This document shows, piece by piece, positions 7,222 to 15,219 of a DNA stretch of 23,257 nucleotides (the first letter of the stretch is position 1; the number at the start of each line of letters is the position of its first letter). Below the pieces are notes generated by a model. It did no database searches. It worked only from the letters and a program-made list of their open reading frames with translations, and was not told where the DNA came from. Source of the DNA: an uncultured Alcaligenaceae bacterium (lineage in GTDB: Bacteria > Planctomycetota > Planctomycetia > Gemmatales > Gemmataceae); assembly GCA_964518515.1 (NCBI GenBank), contig CAZFGM010000015.1, forward strand, positions 1 to 23,257. Direction: 5' to 3'. A program made the translations under genes and the position numbers.

Positions 7222-8016
7222 ATGCCCAGTCCGTTTCCGGGAATGGATCCTTACTTGGAAAGTGTGGTTCTCTGGGGCGGGGTCCACCTCCGGTTCATTA
7301 CCTATTTGAGCGACAAGTTAAATGCCCTCATGCCTCCCACCTATATCGCCAATATCGGGGAACGTGTTTATGTTGAACCGGTCGATCGCAATATTCTTCC
7401 CGATGTGTGGCTGACCAAGAAACGGCATACCTCGGGAAAACGCAACGGCAAAGCCTTGGCGGCCCTGGCTGACGATCCCTGGGAATTCGAGCTTGTCCCG
7501 GAAGAAATCCATGAAGCCTACATTGAAATCCAGGAGGTAACGGGCAGAAAACGCATTGTGACCTCCATTGAAGTCCTTAGCCCGACGAACAAACTCGCCG
7601 GCGGTGAAGGCCGAGGCCAATATCTGCAAAAGCAGCGCGAGGTGTTGACAAGCAAAACCCACCTGCTGGAAATGGATCTGCTGCGTCATGGCCATCATAC
7701 TGTGGCCGTTCCTGCCTATCGTTTGCAACGCCGGGGACTGTGGGATTACCTGGTCTGTTTGTCGCGCGGCAATGACCGGGAACATCGGCAGGTGTGGGCT
7801 TTCACCTTGAAACAGCGCCTGCCGCGCATCCGGGTTCCTCTGGCGGGGAAAGACCCTGATGTGGTCGTGGATTTGCAAAGGTTGCTGGATGAAGTTTATG
7901 ACCAGGGCGCCTACGCCCGCAAGATTGATTATCGCTATGACCCCATGGAACACCTGACCCCCGAACAAGACAAATGGGCCGACAAACTACTCAAACGCCG
8001 CGGTTTGCGCCGGTGA
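7222..8016 (+). CDS. DUF4058 family protein (function unknown)
   Basis: N-terminus MPSPFPGMDPYLE...W..VH..I is characteristic of DUF4058. The gene has visibly lower GC than its flanks. The AAGGAGG RBS overlaps the TAA stop of the preceding gene. Confidence 0.65.
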   Translation: MPSPFPGMDPYLESVVLWGGVHLRFITYLSDKLNALMPPTYIANIGERVYVEPVDRNILPDVWLTKKRHTSGKRNGKALAALADDPWEFELVPEEIHEAYIEIQEVTGRKRIVTSIEVLSPTNKLAGGEGRGQYLQKQREVLTSKTHLLEMDLLRHGHHTVAVPAYRLQRRGLWDYLVCLSRGNDREHRQVWAFTLKQRLPRIRVPLAGKDPDVVVDLQRLLDEVYDQGAYARKIDYRYDPMEHLTPEQDKWADKLLKRRGLRR

Positions 8017-8023
8017 ATAAAGA

Positions 8024-8803
8024 ATGAACCCCGACTGGAAAGTCCGCTATGAAGTCGCCCTGGACGCCGCTCACCAGGCCGGCCGGTTTGCTCTCGGCAA
8101 CTTCGACACCGCGATGGCCGTCGAGTGGAAAGCCGATCGCACTCCGGTGACCTCGGCCGACCGGGGGGCCGAGGCTCTGTTGAAATCCGGTCTGCTGGCC
8201 AAATTCCCCCGCGACGGCTTTCTCGGTGAAGAATCCGGCGACACGCCGGGGTCCTCGGGCTATCGCTGGATCATCGACCCGATCGACGGCACGCGCAATT
8301 TCGTCCGCGGCATTCCCCTCTGGGGAACGCTGGTTGGCCTGGAATACCAAGGCGAGGCCATCGCCGGCGTGGCGTATGTGCCGGCGCTGAATCAAACCTA
8401 CCGGGCTCTGCGCGGCGACGGCGCCTACCGGGATGACCGCCGGCTGCGCGTCTCCGACGTGGGTCGGCTCGAGGAGGCGTCCTTGTTTTATTCCAGCATC
8501 TCCTGGTTTATCAAAGCCGGCTGCGAGAACCGCTTTTTGAATTTGGTCAAGCAAACCCAACGCCAGCGCGGCTTCGGCGATTTCTATGGGTTTGTTCTGG
8601 TCGCCCAGGGCTCTGGTGATTTGATGGTCGAGCACGGCGTCCACATCTGGGACCTGGCCGCCCTGCAGCCCATCGTCGAGGAGGCCGGCGGACGCCTGAC
8701 CGACTGGACCGGCAAGGCAGATATTACCCGCCCGGATGTGCTGGCCAGCAATGGACGCCTGCACGCGGCGGCGTTGCAGGTATTACAAAGAAATGACAGT
8801 TAA
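8024..8803 (+). CDS. Inositol monophosphatase family protein (HisN-type histidinol-phosphatase / IMPase-like)
   Basis: IMPase signature WIIDPIDGTRNFVRGIPLWGTLVGL and metal-binding FLGEE. 259 aa. Confidence 0.75.
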   Translation: MNPDWKVRYEVALDAAHQAGRFALGNFDTAMAVEWKADRTPVTSADRGAEALLKSGLLAKFPRDGFLGEESGDTPGSSGYRWIIDPIDGTRNFVRGIPLWGTLVGLEYQGEAIAGVAYVPALNQTYRALRGDGAYRDDRRLRVSDVGRLEEASLFYSSISWFIKAGCENRFLNLVKQTQRQRGFGDFYGFVLVAQGSGDLMVEHGVHIWDLAALQPIVEEAGGRLTDWTGKADITRPDVLASNGRLHAAALQVLQRNDS

Positions 8804-8880
8804 TATCCGTCCGTTGCCGTGCGTAGCGTAGCTCGCTCGGCGGTTTCGCGTGACCAGAATCAATAACCGAAAAAAAAACC

Positions 8881-9936
8881 ATGACCCCCGTTCGCACCAT
8901 CGCCTGGCTCGGCGGCAGCAACGGCCACGTGCGCTTGCTCGATCAAACGCTGTTGCCGGCCGAAGTGGTGTACCGCGATTGCAGGACGGTGGAGGAAATC
9001 TGGGAAGCCATCCGCACCCTGCGGGTGCGGGGTGCGCCGGCAATCGGCATCGCCGCCGCCATGGGTGTCGTTCTAGGAATGCAAAAGATCACCGCCGGCG
9101 AGCCCGGCAGCTACGGCCAGCGCCTGAAGGAAGTCACCGCCTATCTGCGGACCAGCCGGCCCACGGCAGTTAACCTGTTCTGGGCCCTGGGCCGTGTGGA
9201 ACGCAAAGTGCAACCTTTCCTGGAAAATCTCTCCCCCTCCCAGCTCACCCAGAAACTGCTCGACGAAGCCCTGGCCATCGAAGAAGAAGATAGGGCGATG
9301 TGTCGGGCCATCGGCCGATTTGGGTCGGCGCTGATTCAAGAGGGGCAAGGGGTGCTTACCCACTGCAACGCCGGCGGCTTGGCGACGGCGGACTACGGCA
9401 CGGCCCTGGCGGTGATGTTCGCCGCCGCGGAACAGGGCCGCAAGTTTTGCGTCTTTGCCGGCGAGACCCGACCTTTGCTGCAAGGCGCCCGCCTAACCAC
9501 GTGGGAATTGCAGCAGCGCGGCATCGACGTCACCCTCATCTGCGACAGCATGGCCGCCCAGGTCATGCGCGAAGGCCGCGTGCATCTGGTGATCACCGGG
9601 GCGGATCGCATCGCCGCCAACGGCGACACCGCCAACAAGATCGGCACCTACGGCCTGGCCCTGCTCGCCGGGGCGCACGGCATTCCTTTCTACGTGGCCG
9701 CCCCGTCCAGCACGTTCGACCTGTCCTTGCCCACCGGCGACGCCATTCCCATCGAGCAGCGCGATCCGCGCGAGATCACGCACGGCCTGGGCCGGGCCAT
9801 CGCCCCGAAAGGCGTTAAGGTCTACAATCCGGCATTCGACGTCACGCCGGCCCGACTCATCACCGGCATCATCACCGAGAAGGGGCTGATCCAGCCGGTG
9901 CGATCAACGGTTATTGGGGAAGTATTGGGAAAATAG
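8881..9936 (+). CDS. mtnA: S-methyl-5-thioribose-1-phosphate isomerase (eIF-2B alpha/beta/delta-like family)
   Basis: 351 aa. LRVRGAPAIGIAAAMGV and ITGADRIAANGDTANKIGTYGLALLA segments are typical of MtnA/e2B2 family isomerases. Confidence 0.8.
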   Translation: MTPVRTIAWLGGSNGHVRLLDQTLLPAEVVYRDCRTVEEIWEAIRTLRVRGAPAIGIAAAMGVVLGMQKITAGEPGSYGQRLKEVTAYLRTSRPTAVNLFWALGRVERKVQPFLENLSPSQLTQKLLDEALAIEEEDRAMCRAIGRFGSALIQEGQGVLTHCNAGGLATADYGTALAVMFAAAEQGRKFCVFAGETRPLLQGARLTTWELQQRGIDVTLICDSMAAQVMREGRVHLVITGADRIAANGDTANKIGTYGLALLAGAHGIPFYVAAPSSTFDLSLPTGDAIPIEQRDPREITHGLGRAIAPKGVKVYNPAFDVTPARLITGIITEKGLIQPVRSTVIGEVLGK

Positions 9937-10053
9937 CCAGCCTCTACCTGCTGACGGACTCATACCGGAAAACTCGCCGGATTCCAAGTTGTCGCCACGA
10001 ACTCCAGGCATTAAACTGGTTCTGGGCGTCCGGGTCGTGGCGGAGGATAAACG

Positions 10054-11484
10054 ATGGACACTATTCGTTTCCGCAAATTCGTGAGTTTGGCCGGGATTCT
10101 GGCGACGGCCGTTTTCCTGGCTTGGCCTTCGGCTGCCTCGGCCTGCAATATTCCCGTGTTTCGCTTCGCCCTGGAACGCTGGAAACCGGATAAGTACGAG
10201 GTGATCGTCTTCCATCGCGGGCCGTTGAGCGACAACGACAAGAAGATCGTGCGCTGGCTGGAACACTACGGCGACAAGGAAATCCCGGCCCTAGGTTCAG
10301 AGGTGGTCCGTCTTCTTGAGGTGGCCAGCCGGAGTGCCCCCTTGTGGGCCAACCCGTTTGAGGCCGTTATCCTGCCTCGTTTCCATCAGCGGGTCAAAGA
10401 GCGCCTGGCGGACAACGACACGCGCTCGGCCAACCTATTCGTGCAGACGCTGGAAATCACGCCATTGGTGGAATCCGCCCCGCTGTGGGCCCATCCGATT
10501 CAGGCGGCGATTTTGCAGGCGATGGCCAAGCAATGGCAGTCGCCGTGGCTGGCCGTGCGCTTTCCTTCCTCGACGCCCCTTTGGATTGATATTTGGGATG
10601 GTCCGCTCAACCCGGAAAACGCCCGGACAATTCTGGATTCCCCGCTGCGGCGGGAAATCGCCCGCCGCATCCTTTCGGGTCAGTCCGCGGTGTGGGTGTT
10701 CCTCGAATCCGGTGACAAGGACAAAGCCCGTTTCGCAAATTTGTGGGCAGCGAGTTTTGTCGGGTCCCTGGCAACTCCCCTTCCGGCCCTGGGGGGCCAT
10801 CTGGCCGACCAGCCCCCCGGTGAATTTCTGTATGCCGGCCTGAAGAGCCAGCTCAAGGGCCTGGAAAAAACCCTGGAGTTACCCAAGCTGAGCGATTCGC
10901 CGCGCGACAAGCTGCAAGCCAACCTCAAGCTGCGTATCGAATTTTCCCTCCTCAGGCTGGCTCGCACCGATCCCGCGGAAAAGGTGTTAGTTCATATGCT
11001 TCTGGGAATGGAAGAGGACCTCTGGGAGCACAAGGGGCCCGTCGTCTTTCCCGTGTTCGGTCGCGGCCTTGCCCTGTACGCGATCTTGGGCAAAGGCATC
11101 AACGAGGAGAACATTCGCCAATCGGCCGGTTTTGTCTTGGGGCCGTGCTCCTGTGAAGTCAAGAAGCAGCTGAAAATGATCCTGGGAGGGGGGGCCGTCG
11201 ATCTCCTCATCACCGAAGACTGGGACGGCAAGCTCGAGGGCCGCTGGACCAAGGACGAGGCCCCGCCGCTCATGGGCTTGACCGAGTTCTTGGCGGTGAC
11301 GGGGCAACCCGGTTGGATGATTTCCTCGCCTGGCCCCGGAGAACCTGGGAGCGCTGCCTCAAATCCCCAAGAAGTGTTGAGCGGAAACCTGCTCCGCAAT
11401 TTGGGGATTGCCGCGGCGGCGGCCCTGGTCCTGCTCGGCCTGATCGCTTTTCTTTTCCGCGACAAGTTCAGGATAGGAACTTGA
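10054..11484 (+). CDS. Hypothetical secreted / membrane-anchored protein with internal APLWA-containing repeats
   Basis: Signal peptide (…AASA|CNIPV). Two similar segments SAPLWANPFEAVIL / SAPLWAHPIQAAIL. C-terminal hydrophobic anchor LGIAAAAALVLLGLIAFLF followed by a basic tail. No family recognised. Confidence 0.5.
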   Translation: MDTIRFRKFVSLAGILATAVFLAWPSAASACNIPVFRFALERWKPDKYEVIVFHRGPLSDNDKKIVRWLEHYGDKEIPALGSEVVRLLEVASRSAPLWANPFEAVILPRFHQRVKERLADNDTRSANLFVQTLEITPLVESAPLWAHPIQAAILQAMAKQWQSPWLAVRFPSSTPLWIDIWDGPLNPENARTILDSPLRREIARRILSGQSAVWVFLESGDKDKARFANLWAASFVGSLATPLPALGGHLADQPPGEFLYAGLKSQLKGLEKTLELPKLSDSPRDKLQANLKLRIEFSLLRLARTDPAEKVLVHMLLGMEEDLWEHKGPVVFPVFGRGLALYAILGKGINEENIRQSAGFVLGPCSCEVKKQLKMILGGGAVDLLITEDWDGKLEGRWTKDEAPPLMGLTEFLAVTGQPGWMISSPGPGEPGSAASNPQEVLSGNLLRNLGIAAAAALVLLGLIAFLFRDKFRIGT

Positions 11485-11940
11485 CAGGAGCACTCCTCTG
11501 AGCTGTGTGCCATGAGCGAGTCAAACCGCTACCACTATCTGGAACCATGTTCCAGGCCAACTATCCACAATGGTACGTGAAGGGACGGCGAATTCGTGCC
11601 GAGGTGCTCTTTACCGGGAAACGGTTGGTGATGACTCGCGGACGGCACCAGACCTGCCCCTGAAGACTTCGTTCACAACGAAGGTTTTCTGCGACAAGAG
11701 CGGGAGCGCGAGGAAGCCGAATAGCGCGAATTTGCAAAAAATACCCGCCGCTGTGGCCTTCCAATGTTAGGCCGCAACATGAAAAGTTATCTCGACGATA
11801 ATCGCACCGACAGGTCTCTGCTGGGGTTCTATCGACGCGAAACCGCCGAGCGAGCTTCTTATACGCAGCCGGGGCCACAAGTCCCTGGGCGAGGTGGCTT
11901 CTGACATAAATCTACTCCAGTTCCGGATTGGGAAGCTGAC

Positions 11941-13182
11941 ATGAGCATCTGCCGCCTAGTCCTGCGTGAAATCGCTTACCGCAAGCTCAACTTCGGCCTG
12001 GCCCTGGTGGCGGCCACCATGGCCGTGGCTTGCCTCGCCGGCGTTGTGACCATCTTGCGCCTATACGACCGCGCCACCGGCGAAATCATGGCCAAGCATG
12101 AGGACGACATTCGCAAGGCCACCCTAAAGCTCGGCTTCAATGTGCTGATCCTGCACAAGGATCAGAACCTGGCCGATCTGTACCAGGACCGGTTTCCTAC
12201 CAAGTTCATGCCCGAGGAATACGCCCAGCGGCTCGTGCAGAAAAAGGTCCTTACCATTAAGCATCTCTTGCCCCACCTGCAAGAACGCGTCTTCTGGAAG
12301 GAACTCCAGCGAACCGTCCATTTGTTCGGCACCCGTGGCGAGGTGGACCAGAGCGGCAAGAAACCGCTGGTGGATGCCGTTCCCCCCGGCAAGATCGGCC
12401 TGGGATTCGAACTCCATCAGGGGTTCAAGGTCAAGGAAGGCGATCGCCTCCGGCTGTCGCTGTCCCGCCAAGGCCCTTCCGGCCGGGAAGACCTGAAACC
12501 CACCGACTTCGTGGTGCACTATCTGGCTCCCCAGCGCGGTAATGAGGAAGACATCCATGTTTTCCTGAACCTGGCCGATGCGCAAAAAATCTTGAACCGG
12601 CCCGGCCTTATCAATGCCCTCAAAGCCCTGGAATGCGAATGCGGCCTGGACCGCCTGGGCAATGTCCGGAAGGAGATTGAAAAGATTTTGCCGGACACGC
12701 AAGTAGTGGAATATCAGAGCCAGGCCCTGGCCCGCGCCGAGGCCCGCACTCAGGCGGCCGCCAAGCGCGGTGAGATCAAGCACCGGCAAGAAGACTTCGC
12801 CGCCCTGCTGGTCCCGCTGGTGGTGCTGGGGTGCATGGTCCTCCTTGGCGTATTGGCCTTCATCAACGTGTATGACCGCATCACGGAGATCGGCATCCTG
12901 CGGGCCCTGGGCGTGAGTTCGATCCAGGTGTTTATCCTGTTTCTCAGCAAGGCCATCCTGGTGGGTTTGCTGGGCGCCGTGATCGGTTACAGTCTGGGAA
13001 CCGCGGGCGGCCTGGGACTGGGCGAAACGCCGGCCAACGCAGCCCTGGCGGACTTCCTGCTGAACGGCTGGCTCCTGGGGCTGGTGCTGCTGGCCGCGCC
13101 GTTATTGTGCGCCCTGGCGAGCTTGATTCCCGCCGTGACCGCGGCACGGCAAGATCCCGCGGTGGTCTTGCAGCAGGAATAG
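11941..13182 (+). CDS. ABC transporter permease, FtsX/MacB/LolE-like (N-terminal TM, large periplasmic domain, three C-terminal TM helices).
   Basis: FtsX-domain motif EIGILRALGVSSIQVFILFLSKAILVGLLGAVIGYSLG. N-terminal LREIAYRKLNFGLALVAATMAVA typical of this family. Confidence 0.75.
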   Translation: MSICRLVLREIAYRKLNFGLALVAATMAVACLAGVVTILRLYDRATGEIMAKHEDDIRKATLKLGFNVLILHKDQNLADLYQDRFPTKFMPEEYAQRLVQKKVLTIKHLLPHLQERVFWKELQRTVHLFGTRGEVDQSGKKPLVDAVPPGKIGLGFELHQGFKVKEGDRLRLSLSRQGPSGREDLKPTDFVVHYLAPQRGNEEDIHVFLNLADAQKILNRPGLINALKALECECGLDRLGNVRKEIEKILPDTQVVEYQSQALARAEARTQAAAKRGEIKHRQEDFAALLVPLVVLGCMVLLGVLAFINVYDRITEIGILRALGVSSIQVFILFLSKAILVGLLGAVIGYSLGTAGGLGLGETPANAALADFLLNGWLLGLVLLAAPLLCALASLIPAVTAARQDPAVVLQQE

Positions 13183-13185
13183 GCC

Positions 13186-14130
13186 ATGGATCACGATCAA
13201 CGGTTCAAGATTATGCTCCAGGAATTTTTCGCCGATTTCCTGCAGCTTTTCTTCGCCGATTGGGCCTTGCGGCTGGATTGTCAGGCGGTGCAATGGATTG
13301 ACAAGGAAGTTTTTTCGGACCCGCCGGAAGGCCGGCGTCGCGTTCTGGATTTGGTGGGCAAAGTGCCTACCCGCCAAGGCGTTTCCGGCCAGAGGCCGGG
13401 GGATCCCGAGCAATGGTTGGCCCTGGTCCACATCGAGATCGAATCGCCGGACCGGACCACGCCGCTGAAGCCGCGCCTGTTCCGCATGTATGCCAACTTG
13501 CGGGACAAGTATGAACTGCCGGTGTTGCCGATCGGCTTGTTTCTCAAAGTTGGCCTTGAGGGCATCGGCATCGAGCTTTACGAAGAATACTTCTGGGAAT
13601 TCTGCCCGGTGACGTTTCGCTTTTTGTATGTTGGGTTGCCGGCCCTGGATGGGTTAAAATATGTGCAAGGCGACAACTGGCTGGGCGTGGCCCTGTCGGC
13701 CTTGATGAAAATCCCAAAGGAAAAAGTGGCCTGGCTGGGCGCCGAAGCGTTGCGCCGTCTGGTCGAGGCCCCCTTGACGGATCAACAAAAATTTTTACTG
13801 GCCGAATGCGTGCAAGCCTACCTGCCGTTGGACGAGGCACAGCAACAAGAATACGAACGTATCGTGGCCGGCGAACCTTATCAAGGAGTAACAGCGATGA
13901 ATACGACCTGGTTTGAAAAAGGTATCAAAAAAGGACGTGAAGAAGGACGAGAAGAAGGAAGGGAAATAGGTCTGCGCGACGTATTGCCGGACCAACTCCA
14001 GGACCGATTTGGTCCGTTACCGGACAAAGTCTTGGATCGGCTTCAGAAAATGTCCGGGGAAGAGTTGACCAAGGTGGGTAAGGCGCTCGTGCGGGCCAAG
14101 TCGCTAAAGGACCTGGGCTTAGAAAGCTGA
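13186..14130 (+). CDS. Rpn-family-like (PD-(D/E)XK-type) recombination-promoting nuclease homolog with C-terminal DUF4351 domain
   Basis: N-terminus MDHDQRFKIMLQEFFADFLQLFF...IDKEVFSD...RRRVLDLVGKV...HIEIES gives a D...ExE/Q nuclease-like pattern. C-terminus LQDRFGPLPDKVLDRLQKMSGEELTKVGKALVRAKSLKDLGL is DUF4351-like. Starts 3 nt after the permease stop. Confidence 0.6.
   Translation: MDHDQRFKIMLQEFFADFLQLFFADWALRLDCQAVQWIDKEVFSDPPEGRRRVLDLVGKVPTRQGVSGQRPGDPEQWLALVHIEIESPDRTTPLKPRLFRMYANLRDKYELPVLPIGLFLKVGLEGIGIELYEEYFWEFCPVTFRFLYVGLPALDGLKYVQGDNWLGVALSALMKIPKEKVAWLGAEALRRLVEAPLTDQQKFLLAECVQAYLPLDEAQQQEYERIVAGEPYQGVTAMNTTWFEKGIKKGREEGREEGREIGLRDVLPDQLQDRFGPLPDKVLDRLQKMSGEELTKVGKALVRAKSLKDLGLES
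13897..14130 (+). CDS. Candidate internal in-frame small ORF (77 aa) expressing only the DUF4351 domain of the Rpn-like gene (RpnS-like).
   Basis: AAGGAG at 13883-13888 lies 8 nt before an in-frame ATG at 13897, inside the larger ORF. The same cctatcaaggag...gcgATGaa context precedes the stand-alone paralog at 14210. Confidence 0.3.
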   Translation: MNTTWFEKGIKKGREEGREEGREIGLRDVLPDQLQDRFGPLPDKVLDRLQKMSGEELTKVGKALVRAKSLKDLGLES

Positions 14131-14209
14131 GAGCAATCAAGCGTACCTAGCCCGAAGAAGCCCAGTAGCAAGAATTTACCGGCAGGAACCCTATCAAGGA
14201 GAAAATGCG

Positions 14210-14452
14210 ATGAACAAAACTCCCTTTGAAAAAGGATACGAAGTAGGATTGATAATTGCCGCATGGGAAATGAAAGAAAATGGCCTCCGCGATCTCCGCG
14301 AGGTTTTGTTAGACCTACTTCATGAGCGATTTGGTCCGTTATCAGACAAAGTTTTGGAACGGTTTCAGAAAATGTCCGGGGAAGAGTTGACCAAGCTGGG
14401 TAAGGCGCTCTATCGGGCCGAGTCGCTGGAAGACCTGGGCTTGGAAAGGTGA
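14210..14452 (+). CDS. Stand-alone DUF4351 small protein, a recent duplicate of the 3' part of the preceding Rpn-like gene.
   Basis: 80 aa. The second half (ERFGPLSDKVLERFQKMSGEELTKLGKALYRAESLEDLGLE) is about 90% identical at the nucleotide level to 14010-14125. The RBS context is duplicated too. Confidence 0.6.
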   Translation: MNKTPFEKGYEVGLIIAAWEMKENGLRDLREVLLDLLHERFGPLSDKVLERFQKMSGEELTKLGKALYRAESLEDLGLER

Positions 14453-15219
14453 GTAACCTCATCCCCCCTTTTGCTATGCTGGAACTTCGCCACATCACGA
14501 AAACCTACGCCGGTCCGCAAGGGCGGGTGAAGGCTCTCCAGGACCTGTCGCTCAGCGTCGGGGCCGGTGAGTTCGTCGCCGTGCGCGGGCCTTCGGGGTG
14601 CGGCAAAACCACCCTGCTGCTGGCCGCGGGCGGCTTGCTGCGCCCCGATGCCGGCGAGGTCCTGGTGAACGGCGAAAACCTGTACCGCTTGCCGGCCGAG
14701 GCGCGGGCCCGCTTCCGCGCCGCTACCATCGGCTTTGTATTCCAGCAATTTCACCTAGTGCCGTACCTGAGCGTGCGCGACAACATCCTGACGCCGACCC
14801 TGGCTCATCCATTCCCCGAGGCCAGAAACCGAGCGGCAGAACTGCTCGCCCGTTTCGGGTTAGAACACCGCGCTCGCCACGTGCCCGCCGAGCTCAGCAC
14901 CGGCGAACGCCAGCGCACCGCCCTGGCCCGCGCCTTACTCACCCGGCCGCGCCTTCTTCTGGCTGACGAACCGACCGGCAACCTCGACGACGCCAACGGC
15001 CAGATCGTTCTCACGTGCCTGGCCGATTTCGCCCGCGCCGGCGGCGCCGTGCTGCTGGTGACCCACGATCAGCGCGCCGCCGAAGTGGCCCAGCGCACCG
15101 TGGAATTGGCCAACGCGGCGAGCGGGGGGCGTCAGCCCCCTGATGGCCAGAACATCTGTCACCTCCCATTGCATCAACCGGGGGCTTACGCCCCCGGCGC
15201 GCCAGGAGGCGGGCCATGA
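14449..15219 (+). CDS. ABC transporter ATP-binding protein (LolD/MacB-type ATPase, partner of the FtsX-like permease)
   Basis: Walker A GPSGCGKTT, Q-loop, signature LSTGERQRTALARAL, Walker B LLLADEPTGNLD, H-loop VTHD. Start is either GTG 14449 (overlapping the upstream TGA) or ATG 14476. Confidence 0.8.
   Translation: MSNLIPPFAMLELRHITKTYAGPQGRVKALQDLSLSVGAGEFVAVRGPSGCGKTTLLLAAGGLLRPDAGEVLVNGENLYRLPAEARARFRAATIGFVFQQFHLVPYLSVRDNILTPTLAHPFPEARNRAAELLARFGLEHRARHVPAELSTGERQRTALARALLTRPRLLLADEPTGNLDDANGQIVLTCLADFARAGGAVLLVTHDQRAAEVAQRTVELANAASGGRQPPDGQNICHLPLHQPGAYAPGAPGGGP

Noticed and set aside
6084-7223. 379-aa minus-strand ORF
   Set aside because: Antisense to the well-supported propeller/peroxidase gene. 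Typical GC-rich antisense open frame with Gly/Arg/Ala bias.
7318-8764. Minus-strand ORFs 7318-7968 and 7991-8764
   Set aside because: Antisense to the DUF4058 and inositol-monophosphatase-family genes, which have clear family signatures on the + strand.
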